DNA from: an uncultured Acidimicrobiaceae bacterium
GTDB lineage: Bacteria; Actinomycetota; Acidimicrobiia; Acidimicrobiales; CAYSAC01
NCBI GenBank assembly: GCA_964428815.1
Contig: CAYSAC010000005.1
Location: 1-39,478 of the forward strand
DNA length: 39,478 nucleotides
Direction of reading: 5' to 3'
Shown here: one piece after another, positions 1-7,851 of the stretch
Position numbering within the stretch: the stretch's first letter is position 1
Layout of the letters: every line of letters begins with the position of its first letter
The notes under the pieces: model-generated
Told to the model about the DNA's origin: nothing
What the model saw: only the letters and a program-made list of their open reading frames with translations
The model's database searches: none
Translations under genes and position numbers: made by a program

Positions 1-41
1 GACCCGCACCGACCCGACGTTCGGGCGCTACGACTACCAGA
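1..41. repeat. Terminal 41-bp exact overlap (left copy), circular assembly signature
   Basis: GACCCGCACC...CTACCAGA at 1-41 is identical to 39438-39478. Confidence 0.97.
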
Positions 42-730
42 TCGACGGCGGCAGCGTCGTCCAGGTCCCGCAGAACCTGACCGCCGCCATCCACACCGTC
101 ACGGTCTCCGGGCTCGCGCCGGGCACCCACGCCGTGGTGCTCACAGCGGCGGCCGGCCAGTGCCGGATCCACGGGGTACGGGGCCGCAACGCCACCGGGC
201 TGGCCGTCGACAACTTCTCGATCGGAGGCCGCTCGATCGTGTCGCAGAGCCTCGGCCTCGACGTCGCCGCCGAGGGCCTCGCCGGGCAAACCACCCTGTC
301 GACCACCTTCGACGTCATGCCCCCGCTCGACCTGCTGGTCGTGGCCCTCGGCGTCAACGACGCCGTCCAGGCCGCCAGCCCCAACTACGACACGATGTGG
401 TCGGTCCTCAACAACCTGCAGCGCGAGATCAGGGCCGCCGGTGTCGACTCGATCACACCGCCCGAGGTCGTGGTCGTCATCGAGCACATCGCCGGGTTCG
501 CTGACACGAGCGTGCCGTACAAGTACGGCCGCATCGCCAGCATCCTGCACGAGTGGGCCGCCTCGATGGGTGCCGCTGTGGTCGACATGTGGGCAGCGGG
601 CCGCCACTCCGGCGAGTACGCCGCCGGGCTCAACTGGTTCGGGTTCGGTGTCACCGACGTCCACCTCGGCACGGCCGGCAGCGTCGCCTACTCCGACCTG
701 GTGCGGTCCCTCATCGACCCGGAGAACTGA
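2..730 (+). CDS. C-terminal part of SGNH/GDSL-hydrolase tail-associated protein (continues from 38635 across the circular join)
   Basis: Same frame through the overlap (TRTDPTFGRYDYQ); SGNH block III ALGVND and block V DVH. Confidence 0.8.
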   Translation, partial: TRTDPTFGRYDYQIDGGSVVQVPQNLTAAIHTVTVSGLAPGTHAVVLTAAAGQCRIHGVRGRNATGLAVDNFSIGGRSIVSQSLGLDVAAEGLAGQTTLSTTFDVMPPLDLLVVALGVNDAVQAASPNYDTMWSVLNNLQREIRAAGVDSITPPEVVVVIEHIAGFADTSVPYKYGRIASILHEWAASMGAAVVDMWAAGRHSGEYAAGLNWFGFGVTDVHLGTAGSVAYSDLVRSLIDPEN

Positions 731-741
731 GGAGGATTCTC

Positions 742-948
742 GTGAAGCGCGGTTTCGTTCTGCTGTGTGGCGTTCTGGGGCGCAGACGTGGCGTACAGCT
801 AGCTCCGACCGATCTGCCTGAAGCTCTCTCCCGCTCGGACCCGCAGGACAATCTCGGCGTCGTCGAGGTCGGTTCGATAGCGAGGGCTGTTGATGCCTCG
901 GTTGTTCAGGGTGCCAGCGGCGTGGCGCTCCAGGGAGTGCTCCGATAG
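742..948 (+). pseudogene. Remnant ancestral endolysin start (MKRGFVL) running into the antisense strand of the inserted HNH gene
   Basis: GGAGG at 731-735, GTG 742; first 7 codons resemble MRKGFVL at 1327. Confidence 0.5.
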
Positions 949-1293
949 ATGATCGGCCCCGGCTCGCAGCTCCAGGTTGGAGAGCCTGTTGTCGGACCGA
1001 TTGTGGTTCCGGTGATGGATGTGGTGTCCGGGCGGGATCGGGCCGTGGGCCTGTTCCCACACGTGGCGATGTTGGTAGGCGACGCCGCTCCGCCCGGGCC
1101 CGACCCGCATCCTGATGTAGCCGTTCGCATCGGGCCATGTGTGCCCGATGGTGGGTTCCCTGCCTCCGGCCTGAACCCGGTGCTCAACGCAGGCCCGCGT
1201 CGTTCCGTCGTCTGACCCGCGGGCGAGGGTGACTGTTCGCCAGGCGTTGCATCTAGGGCAGTACAGCCGGCCGGTCCTGTCCTTACGAGGCAT
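799..1293 (-). CDS. HNH homing-type endonuclease with N-terminal Cys motif and C-terminal HTH-like segment, antisense to late operon
   Basis: YQHRHVWEQAHGPIPPGHHIHHRNHNRSDNRLSNL; CPRC; ESFRQIGR. Confidence 0.9.
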   Translation of the reverse strand: MPRKDRTGRLYCPRCNAWRTVTLARGSDDGTTRACVEHRVQAGGREPTIGHTWPDANGYIRMRVGPGRSGVAYQHRHVWEQAHGPIPPGHHIHHRNHNRSDNRLSNLELRAGADHLSEHSLERHAAGTLNNRGINSPRYRTDLDDAEIVLRVRAGESFRQIGRS

Positions 1294-1306
1294 GGTCCGA
1301 ATACTA
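1294..1306 (-). promoter_or_regulatory. Putative -10 element for leaderless HNH transcript
   Basis: Minus strand TAGTAT, 7 nt, then ATG. Confidence 0.5.
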
Positions 1307-1326
1307 CTCGAACGAGGTGTGCCCTC

Positions 1327-2175
1327 ATGCGCAAGGGTTTCGTGCTACACCACAACGGCCCGCCGGCGAGCTGCGTCGGTAAGTCGCACACGCGGTGCAT
1401 CGCCTTCTGGAACGCGGTCAAGGCGTACCACCAGCAGAAGTGGCCTAAGTCCAACGACATCGCGTACAGCTTCGGTGTGTGCCCGCATGGCGTGCAGTTC
1501 ACCGGCCGGGGTTGGGACCGCAACCAGTTCGCCAACGGCTCCGACGACGTCGGCGTGAACGACGGCAAGGACTCGGAGTGGTACACGGTCCTCGTGTTCC
1601 TCGGCGGCGACGAGGCACCGACCGACGCCATGGTCGACGGCGTGATCTCCCTGATCGACGAGGGCCGCACCTCGAAGCGCTGCGCAGCCCGTGTGCTGCC
1701 CCACAACGCGTTCAAGCGCAAGCCGTGCCCCGGCCCGCAGTTCACCGCCTACGCCCGCGCCTGGGACAACCAGCCGCTACGCAACGGCCACGTCCAGGAG
1801 GACGACATGACCCCCGAACAGATGACTGACCTCAAGGGCTACATGGCCCGCCTCGTCGGTTGGGTCACGACCGGCAAGGAGAACACGGTCGTGAGCGGCA
1901 GCGATCCGGCGTGGGCGTTCGTGCGCGACGCCGGCACCATCACCCTGCCCGAGGTCCTCGCCGCCGTGGCGGCGGGAGCTGCCGACATCGACGAGGGCGC
2001 CATCGCTTCCGCTGTGGCTGCTGCGGTGATCGAGGCGTTGCCCGACGAGGTCACCGACCAGGTGACCGCTGCGGAGGTCGAGGCTGCGGTCGTGGCCGGG
2101 CTCGGCTCCGTCAAGTTCGTTCCCCGACGTCGACGTCGACTGATGCGCTACTTCATCGACGACGGCATGGAGTGA
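1327..2175 (+). CDS. Endolysin, N-acetylmuramoyl-L-alanine amidase (Amidase_2-like) plus C-terminal helical domain; true stop probably 2143 (extra C in 2122-2125)
   Basis: LHH, IAYSFGV, GRG, PH...CPG zinc-amidase motifs; removing one C gives FVPDVDVD* with a TGATG overlap. Confidence 0.88.
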   Translation: MRKGFVLHHNGPPASCVGKSHTRCIAFWNAVKAYHQQKWPKSNDIAYSFGVCPHGVQFTGRGWDRNQFANGSDDVGVNDGKDSEWYTVLVFLGGDEAPTDAMVDGVISLIDEGRTSKRCAARVLPHNAFKRKPCPGPQFTAYARAWDNQPLRNGHVQEDDMTPEQMTDLKGYMARLVGWVTTGKENTVVSGSDPAWAFVRDAGTITLPEVLAAVAAGAADIDEGAIASAVAAAVIEALPDEVTDQVTAAEVEAAVVAGLGSVKFVPRRRRRLMRYFIDDGME

Positions 2176-2196
2176 CGTGAGGAGCGCTGGTGACCG

Positions 2197-2430
2197 GTGG
2201 ACTGGGACAGGCTGAGCGCGCGGTGGCCGCTCCTGCGCGACATCGCGATCGTGGCGACCGCCCTCGTGCTGATCGTCTTCGAGGCGGTGTTCCGCGAGGC
2301 GCCGGAGCGCCCGACGCTGCTGCTGCTGTACACCGGCATGCTCGGCGCCCCGGTGTTCCTGAGAGCGGACTCGCGGCGGTCGAACGGGCAGCCGAACTCG
2401 CCGAAGGAGCCCCAGGAGGCCGGGCGATGA
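2197..2430 (+). CDS. Two-TM membrane protein, lysis cassette (holin-like)
   Basis: Hydrophobic segments IAIVATALVLIVF and LLLLYTGMLGAPVFL; follows endolysin. Confidence 0.7.
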   Translation: MDWDRLSARWPLLRDIAIVATALVLIVFEAVFREAPERPTLLLLYTGMLGAPVFLRADSRRSNGQPNSPKEPQEAGR

Positions 2431-2513
2431 CCCTCATCCGCCGCTACCAGTGGACGCTCAGCTACCTCGCCGCGTTGGCGTGGCTGGCCTGGGCCGTGGA
2501 GCAGATCCGGTGA
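2427..2513 (+). CDS. 28-aa single-TM peptide
   Basis: GGAGG SD; ATGA and GTGA overlaps with both neighbours; MTLIRRYQWTLSYLAALAWLAWAVEQIR. Confidence 0.55.
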   Translation: MTLIRRYQWTLSYLAALAWLAWAVEQIR

Positions 2514-2922
2514 ACCGTCCGGCTGCTGCCCGCTTCACCGCCTACGTCGCCGTGGTCGTTGTCGGGACGCTCGGCATGTGGCGGGTCGAGACGACAGCCG
2601 ACAACGCGCAGCAAGCGCTCGACGAGCTGGAGGCAGACCGGCACACGGCCCGCGTCGCCGCGTGCGAGAAGGACGACAGGACCAACGCCATCGTCCGCCA
2701 GATCGGCAAGGACGTAGGCATCACCTCGGGGGTCACTGGGGGCGAGGCCCTGATCCAGGCCGCCGGCGAGGACAGCGACAACGCCGAGACGATCGCCGCC
2801 TACCGGGCTGGGCTGACGAAGCTCCTCGACCCCTCGCCGGGATCGTCAACACCTTGCCCGGCTACCGCTGGGACCCCGAGGCCGGCCGCTGCGTCGAAGT
2901 CCCACTCGACACGGGCGGGTGA
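2510..2922 (+). CDS. N-terminal TM plus helical/coiled-coil lysis-region protein; apparent -1 homopolymer frameshift near 2830-2833
   Basis: TM YVAVVVVGTLGMW; adding one C gives ...LLDPLAGIVNTLPGYRWDPEAGRCVEVPLDTGG*. Confidence 0.6.
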
Positions 2923-3068
2923 CGTTCTATCCACTCATAGGTGCGCGCGGTCCCAGATCGTCGCGCCCAACCCGCCTTAACTGTCACACCCCGCTGAGAC
3001 AATCAGTGGGCCGGGCGCTGTGCAACCAGCCCCGGCCCGTGATCCGAACCTGCGTTGGAGGTCCGAAT

Positions 3069-3625
3069 ATGCCTGAACGTACCTGCTCGATCCCCGGCTG
3101 CAAGAAGCCTCACAAGGCTCTCGGGTGGTGCAACGTCCACTACCTGCGCTGGCACCAGCATGGCGACCCACTGATCGTCACCAACCCGCACGGCGCCCTG
3201 GAAGAGCGCTTCTGGCCGAAGGTGGACCGATCGGCAGGCGACGCCGGCTGCTGGCCGTGGACCGCTCAGCGGGACCGTGCCGGCTATGGCGTCATCGCCG
3301 CCGGCGGCGAGCGGGGGACTCCGCTTAGGGCTCATAGGGTCGCCTACGAGATGCTCGTCGGCCCCATCCCGGATGGGCTTGTCATGGATCACCTGTGCCG
3401 CAACACGTCGTGCGTCAACCCCCCCAGCATCTCGAGCCGGTCACGCAGGCTGAGAACGTGCGGCGCGGTCTCAAGGGCGCCCTCAAGACCCATTGCCCCC
3501 AGGGTCACCCCTACGACGAAGTCAATACCTACATCACGCCTACTGGTCGGCGCGATTGCCGGACTTGCCGGCGTGCCGCTCACAGGCGCTACATGAGAAG
3601 GAGCCGACATGCTGAGCAGCTATAG
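3069..3625 (+). CDS. HNH endonuclease with Cys/His zinc-binding ends; frameshift in C7 run 3419-3425
   Basis: ERFWPKVD, CWPW, AHRVAYE, DHLCRNTSCVNP then HLEPVTQAENVRR and THCPQGHPY in another frame; GGAGG SD. Confidence 0.85.
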
Positions 3626-3962
3626 CAAGTCAGTGACTGCAGTGGTTGGCGCCGTTGTCGTGGCCATCGCTGCAGCGTGGTCCGACGACGTCATCACCAA
3701 CGCTGAGAAGGTGCAGATAGCCGTCGCTGGCTTCACCGCGTTCTCGGTGTTCGTGACGAGCAACGTCGGACTGCCCTTGTGGGAGTACTCGAAGTCGATC
3801 ACGGCCGGAGCCTTAGCCGGCCTCGGCCTCCTCGGCGCCTACTACGCCAACGGCAACATCATGGATGGGGGCCTGTGGCTCAACGTCGCCATCGCCACCG
3901 CCGTGGCAGCCGGTGTGTTCGCCGTCCCGAATGGTCCGGAGCGGGTCATCGACGTGCGGTAG
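3609..3962 (+). CDS. Holin (four hydrophobic segments, internally duplicated)
   Basis: YSKSVTA and YSKSITA repeated halves; ends AVPN, typical of actinophage holins. Confidence 0.75.
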   Translation: MLSSYSKSVTAVVGAVVVAIAAAWSDDVITNAEKVQIAVAGFTAFSVFVTSNVGLPLWEYSKSITAGALAGLGLLGAYYANGNIMDGGLWLNVAIATAVAAGVFAVPNGPERVIDVR

Positions 3963-4000
3963 CCTTGGCCCCTCGGTCGACGCCCTCGACCTGCCCCATG

Positions 4001-4030
4001 CAGCCCCTCGGCCTTCGGGTCGGGGGGCTG
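4001..4030 (+). terminator. Hairpin terminator after lysis cassette
   Basis: CAGCCCCTCGGCC-TTCG-GGTCGGGGGGCTG with cUUCGg loop; weak U-tail. Confidence 0.65.
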
Positions 4031-4088
4031 TTGCGCGTCCGGGGTACACCCGTGCGCTACTCCACCTTGGTCGTGTGGAATCTATGTA

Positions 4089-4101
4089 TACAGTTGGACG
4101 G
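4089..4101 (+). promoter_or_regulatory. Putative -10 element for leaderless integrase mRNA
   Basis: TACAGT, 7 nt, ATG 4102; no SD. Confidence 0.5.
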
Positions 4102-5571
4102 ATGGCCATGGCTGCACCGATCACCGCCCGCTGGGTCGCGATCTACCTCCGGATCTCCCGCGACCGCTCCGGTCGGGCCGAGAACGTCGACACCCAGCTG
4201 GGCCACGCCGTCACGTACGTCGAGCGTCAGTGGCCCGGCGTCGCCTACGAGGTGTACCGCGACAACGACCTCACGGCCGCCGACCCCGGTACCCACCGCC
4301 CCGACTACGAGCGTCTCCTCACCGACGTCCGGGCCGGCCGGGTCGCCCAGGTCGTCTCAGCCGACCAGGACCGCCTGACCCGCCAGCCCGCCGAGTGGGA
4401 AGCGCTCATGCCAGTGCTGCTCACCGCCGGGGTCACCGAGACCCACGGCTACCGCGACGGCATCACCTCAGTCGAGCCGGGCAAACGGGCGCCGGGGCGG
4501 TTCAAGTCGGCGATGGCCGCCGAGTACGTCGAGGGCTTGAAGGTGAAGTTGCACGAGAAGTTCGACAAGCTCGCCGATGACGGCCGACCCCATGGCGGCC
4601 GCACCTTCGGCTACAAGCGCACCGTCGACGCCGATGGCGCCAAGACGCTCGAGGTGATCCCGGAGCGGGCCGTAGTGATGCGGTGGGCGGCCGACGAGAT
4701 CCTGTCCGGGCACACGATCGCCTCGGTGGCGGGGGGGATGGAGGCCCGCGGGTTCGGGCATTGGGGGCACTCCAGCGTCGTGGCGATGCTGCGAAGTCCG
4801 ACGAACGCCGGGTTCCGTTCCTACCGGGGGGACCCCGAGTATCGGCGGGGTACGTGGGATCCGATCTTCGACGAGGTCACCTGGCGGCGCCTGTGCGCCA
4901 CGCTCGACAAGCCGCGAGAGGTGCTCCGCCCCGACGGCACCGTGAAGGTGCTGGGCGGCCGCCGGCGGCCCGCACGGCGCTACCTGCTGGGCGGAGGGTT
5001 CGTGTGCTGCGCCCGGTGCGGGGTGCCGTTGGTGGGCCGCCACATCGCCGGCCGGAAACCGATCTACGTCTGCACGAAAGAGCGTGGCGGCTGCGGCCGG
5101 CTCGGCGCTACCGCCGGTGAACCGCTCCCCGACGGGGCGGCAGGTGTCGAGGCCACCGTCGCCGCCGAGCTGCTGGCCCGGTTGCAGTCCCCCGAGTTCC
5201 TCGCCCAGCTAGCTGTGGACGACAGCAACCAGCGCCGCAGCGCCCTCACCGAACAGATCGAGGGGATCGGCTTGCGCCGACGGAAGCTCGCCGGCCGCTG
5301 GGCCCGCGGCGACGTGGCCGACGAAGACTGGGACGGGGCACGTGAAGAGTTCGACGCTGAACTGTCCCGGCTCAACACGGAGCTGGCCGGCCTGGAGCCC
5401 TATGCAGCAGGCATCGACCCGGCCGCGGTCGTGGATGGCTGGGTCCACATGGACCTGGCCGAACGACGCCAGGTTGTGGACCGGTGCATCGAGCGGGTCG
5501 AGGTCCGTCCGGCCACACCTGGGGTCAAGTTCTTCGACCCGGCCAGGGTCCGCATCGTGTGGCGGGCCTAG
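4102..5571 (+). CDS. int: Large serine recombinase (integrase)
   Basis: IYLRISRD catalytic Ser motif, RPDYERLL, DRLTR, FGY recombinase domain, CARC...YVC...C zinc ribbon, coiled coil. Confidence 0.95.
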   Translation: MAMAAPITARWVAIYLRISRDRSGRAENVDTQLGHAVTYVERQWPGVAYEVYRDNDLTAADPGTHRPDYERLLTDVRAGRVAQVVSADQDRLTRQPAEWEALMPVLLTAGVTETHGYRDGITSVEPGKRAPGRFKSAMAAEYVEGLKVKLHEKFDKLADDGRPHGGRTFGYKRTVDADGAKTLEVIPERAVVMRWAADEILSGHTIASVAGGMEARGFGHWGHSSVVAMLRSPTNAGFRSYRGDPEYRRGTWDPIFDEVTWRRLCATLDKPREVLRPDGTVKVLGGRRRPARRYLLGGGFVCCARCGVPLVGRHIAGRKPIYVCTKERGGCGRLGATAGEPLPDGAAGVEATVAAELLARLQSPEFLAQLAVDDSNQRRSALTEQIEGIGLRRRKLAGRWARGDVADEDWDGAREEFDAELSRLNTELAGLEPYAAGIDPAAVVDGWVHMDLAERRQVVDRCIERVEVRPATPGVKFFDPARVRIVWRA

Positions 5572-5738
5572 CGGCTACGCCGCTTGCGTTCCGCCTCGGC
5601 CCGCTCCGCCTCCTGGGTGTCGGCCGCGTCGTTCAGCGCCCGGCGGATCCACTCCTTCAACGTCTGCCCTTTGTGGGAGGCGGCGACCTTCCACCGCCTA
5701 TGTTCGTCGTCGGGGTAGTCGTAGGTGACCTGCGGCAC
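5568..5738 (-). CDS. 56-aa ribbon-helix-helix-like DNA-binding protein (below ORF-track cutoff)
   Basis: Manual translation MPQVTYDYPDDEHRRWKVAASHKGQTLKEWIRRALNDAAD...: beta strand, helix, G-x-T/S, helix. Confidence 0.75.
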   Translation of the reverse strand: MPQVTYDYPDDEHRRWKVAASHKGQTLKEWIRRALNDAADTQEAERAEAERKRRSR

Positions 5739-5777
5739 GGCCGTGGTTTACCTAGCGATCGCCTCGCGAGCGAGGAT

Positions 5778-5820
5778 CACCAGGTGAACCATGGACACCA
5801 TGGGGACCAGGCAGTACGGT
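5778..5820 (+). promoter_or_regulatory. SigA-type promoter overlapped by four 9-bp repeats (candidate RHH operator)
   Basis: TGGACA(5792)-N17-TACGGT(5815); CACCAGGTG AACCATGGA CACCATGGG GACCAGGCA. Confidence 0.65.
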
Positions 5821-5896
5821 CGCCGTGACGTGAAGTGCCCCGAGCGCCGCGTGAACGACCCCGGGGCGTGGCCCACGAACTCGGAGGTACGTGGAC

Positions 5897-6085
5897 ATGC
5901 AAGATTCTACGGAAGCGCCGACAGCCGGTGAGGTCGGTGAGCTGTGCGCCCAGCTGCGTGACCTGTCGGGCCGGTACGCCCGGTTCGAGGACGTCCCGTC
6001 GGCCGAGGTCGACGCCTACATGGCCCGCAACATGGCCCGCAAACGCGATGTGCTGGGGCGCATCGACCCGGAGACGTTGCTGTGA
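5897..6085 (+). CDS. Hypothetical protein
   Basis: GGAGG SD at 5883; GTGA overlap with next gene. Confidence 0.7.
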   Translation: MQDSTEAPTAGEVGELCAQLRDLSGRYARFEDVPSAEVDAYMARNMARKRDVLGRIDPETLL

Positions 6086-6489
6086 GCTACGAGCCGAAGC
6101 GGTACCGGCACCTGCCCACAGTCGTGGAGGCCATCCGCTACGACGGCTCGGCCCTGTGCGCCGGCGCCATCGTTGCGTGGGGTAGGGACCGCACCGGCAA
6201 CCTGCCCTTCACCATCGACGGCGACGACCTCGTGGCCCACACCCCACAGGGCCCCCGCTACGTGCCCGAAGGCTGGCTCGCAGTACTCGGCGTCATCGGC
6301 GAGCCGTACTCGGTGCAGCCGATGGTCGAGGCCGTCGCCTACGTCGAGGTGACCGCCGACTACCGGGCGCCGCTCACGGCCGATCGGGTGGCCGACCTCG
6401 TCGCCGAGGCCCGCGGCACCATCAGCGTCGACCGGTTGCGCGACATCGTTGCGCAACTCGGCGACCACAGCGAAGCTCTCATGGCATGA
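6082..6489 (+). CDS. Small beta-rich phage protein (RYRxLPxxVEA family), divergent paralog of 6650-6922 with C-terminal extension
   Basis: EPKRYRHLPTVVEAIRYDG...GWL...GEPYSV. Confidence 0.7.
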   Translation: MSYEPKRYRHLPTVVEAIRYDGSALCAGAIVAWGRDRTGNLPFTIDGDDLVAHTPQGPRYVPEGWLAVLGVIGEPYSVQPMVEAVAYVEVTADYRAPLTADRVADLVAEARGTISVDRLRDIVAQLGDHSEALMA

Positions 6490-6653
6490 GCGAGCCGCAG
6501 GTCTACACGCAGTACCCGTTCCCCCTCGCGTCCGGCGGCATGGCCTACATCCACCTTCCGTGCGACGTCACGCAAGATGACGTCGCACGGCTCGCCCAGT
6601 TCCTCAGCAGTCTCGTTGTCGAGGAACTGCCCGCTGAAGCTGTCGCTCCATGA
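6486..6653 (+). CDS. 55-aa hypothetical protein
   Basis: ATGA overlaps on both sides; MSEPQVYTQYPFPLASGGMAYIHLPCDVTQDDVARLAQFLSSLV... Confidence 0.7.
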   Translation: MSEPQVYTQYPFPLASGGMAYIHLPCDVTQDDVARLAQFLSSLVVEELPAEAVAP

Positions 6654-6922
6654 ACGAGCCCCGCCGCTACCGCAAGCTTCCCGTCGAGGTCCTCGCTCTC
6701 CGCTGGACCGGCGACAACTGGGACGCCGTCACCGACTTCGCTGGCAAGCACGTCGTGTTTCACGGCGGCGACATCGACGTGTGGATCGAGAAGTCGAGGA
6801 CCTGGCGCCAAGCCATGCCGGTCGGGGACTGGATCATCGCCGAGCTCGACGGCGACAGCGTCTACCCCTGCGCCGCCGCGGCGTTCGAGGCGACACACGA
6901 GCCGGTCGAGGAGGAGACGTGA
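6650..6922 (+). CDS. Small beta-rich phage protein (RKxPV.V.A...GDWII...YPC...F..T.E family)
   Basis: RYRKLPVEVLALRWTGDN...VGDWII...VYPCAAAAFEATHE. Confidence 0.8.
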   Translation: MNEPRRYRKLPVEVLALRWTGDNWDAVTDFAGKHVVFHGGDIDVWIEKSRTWRQAMPVGDWIIAELDGDSVYPCAAAAFEATHEPVEEET

Positions 6923-7026
6923 TGCTGCCGCTTGCCTGGCTGCTGTTGGTTGGTGCGCTCGTGACGTTGTTGCTGCTGGTGTGGCCGGTCGTTGTCGATG
7001 TACGTCGCGGGAACCGTCGGCGCTAA
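6922..7026 (+). CDS. 34-aa single-TM peptide with basic tail
   Basis: GAGGAGG SD, TGATG overlap; MLPLAWLLLVGALVTLLLLVWPVVVDVRRGNRRR. Confidence 0.6.
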   Translation: MLPLAWLLLVGALVTLLLLVWPVVVDVRRGNRRR

Positions 7027-7035
7027 CTGATGATC

Positions 7036-7075
7036 GTGGCCCCTCACTCGGATTGCCCCCGGGGCGAGGGGCCAC
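7036..7075. terminator. 10-bp stem hairpin ending the accessory operon
   Basis: GTGGCCCCTC / GAGGGGCCAC inverted repeat. Confidence 0.5.
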
Positions 7076-7205
7076 CACCCCGGGTGCACAGAATCACTGT
7101 GGTTATCTCTACGAACAGCGGCTGTACTGAATCTGTCGGGTGTGGCGGTCACCCGGCAACTGGCGGAACCAACATGCGGATGGGACAACGTTAGGCGGAG
7201 ACCAA

Positions 7206-7409
7206 ATGGCCCATTGGTGGACAGCGAAGCACATCCTCGGCGTGCTAATCCTCGTGCGCTACTGGCCCTCCCGGCGCTACATCGCCCGGCTGAGGGCCGA
7301 CCTCGAGCAGCGGCGCCGGCATGACCGCGAGGTAGACGCCTTCCTCGGTGTCACGACCGGCGCCGCCAAGCGGATCGCTCAGTCGGCTGAACGCTTGCGC
7401 TCAAGGTAG
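7206..7409 (+). CDS. 67-aa protein with hydrophobic N-terminus, convergent with and overlapping the repressor 3' end
   Basis: GGAG SD, ATG 7206; HILGVLILVRYW then charged helix. Confidence 0.55.
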   Translation: MAHWWTAKHILGVLILVRYWPSRRYIARLRADLEQRRRHDREVDAFLGVTTGAAKRIAQSAERLRSR

Positions 7410-7738
7410 ATGTTGTAGGCCATCAGCAGGGCCTGGCGGTCGAACTCGTCGACCAGGTCCGGGTCCAGCTCGATGGTCTCAGTGGTCGTCCGCTCCCGCG
7501 GCACATAGATGTCCTCAAGCAGGCGCCCCCGGGCAAGGCCCAGGGCGTCCTCGATGGCCACGACTTGGTCGAGGGTGAGCCGAGTCCGAGCGACTTCGTA
7601 GTCGCTGATGGTCGACTGGTCCCCGACCCCGATAGCACCTGCCAGCCATGCCTGAGTACGGCTGCCGCGCTCTGCCCTGATGCGGGCCCCCACGCGGCGA
7701 GCTAACTCTTCGGCCTCGCCAGACCGACGTTTCGCCAT
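7379..7738 (-). CDS. XRE-family HTH immunity repressor (cI-like)
   Basis: RIRAERGSRTQAWLAGAIG...QSTISDYE...LTLDQVVAIEDAL; divergent from cro-like gene. Confidence 0.88.
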   Translation of the reverse strand: MAKRRSGEAEELARRVGARIRAERGSRTQAWLAGAIGVGDQSTISDYEVARTRLTLDQVVAIEDALGLARGRLLEDIYVPRERTTTETIELDPDLVDEFDRQALLMAYNIYLERKRSAD

Positions 7739-7786
7739 AGGGCCATGGACTCTACCCGTACCGGCGTGGCCGGTGTAAGTGCTGAC

Positions 7787-7851
7787 GTATGGAAAATCTC
7801 CATCTACTCAGGGGGTTGACCGGTATGGAGTGAGTCGGTATGGTCATGGAC
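7787..7851 (+). promoter_or_regulatory. Early lytic promoter with candidate operators
   Basis: TTGACC(7816)-N17-TATGGT(7839), 7 nt, GTG 7852; GTATGG at 7787, 7823 and 7838; ATGGA-N5-TCCAT at 7789-7803. Confidence 0.7.

Noticed and set aside
1-41. Biological direct terminal repeat
   Set aside because: It falls mid-gene and is most simply an assembler overlap; gene content points to cos-type packaging.
762-1347. Group I intron in the endolysin
   Set aside because: The HNH is antisense and fills nearly the whole interval, leaving no room for a ribozyme core; the downstream copy has its own SD and start.
2143-2193. TGA recoding (MRYFIDDGME*REERW*)
   Set aside because: TGA is the normal stop genome-wide with ATGA/GTGA coupling, and long genes have no internal TGA.
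1294-3069. GGTCCGAATA next to two HNH start codons
   Set aside because: Only 10 bp and in opposite orientation relative to the two genes; cannot be separated from chance.
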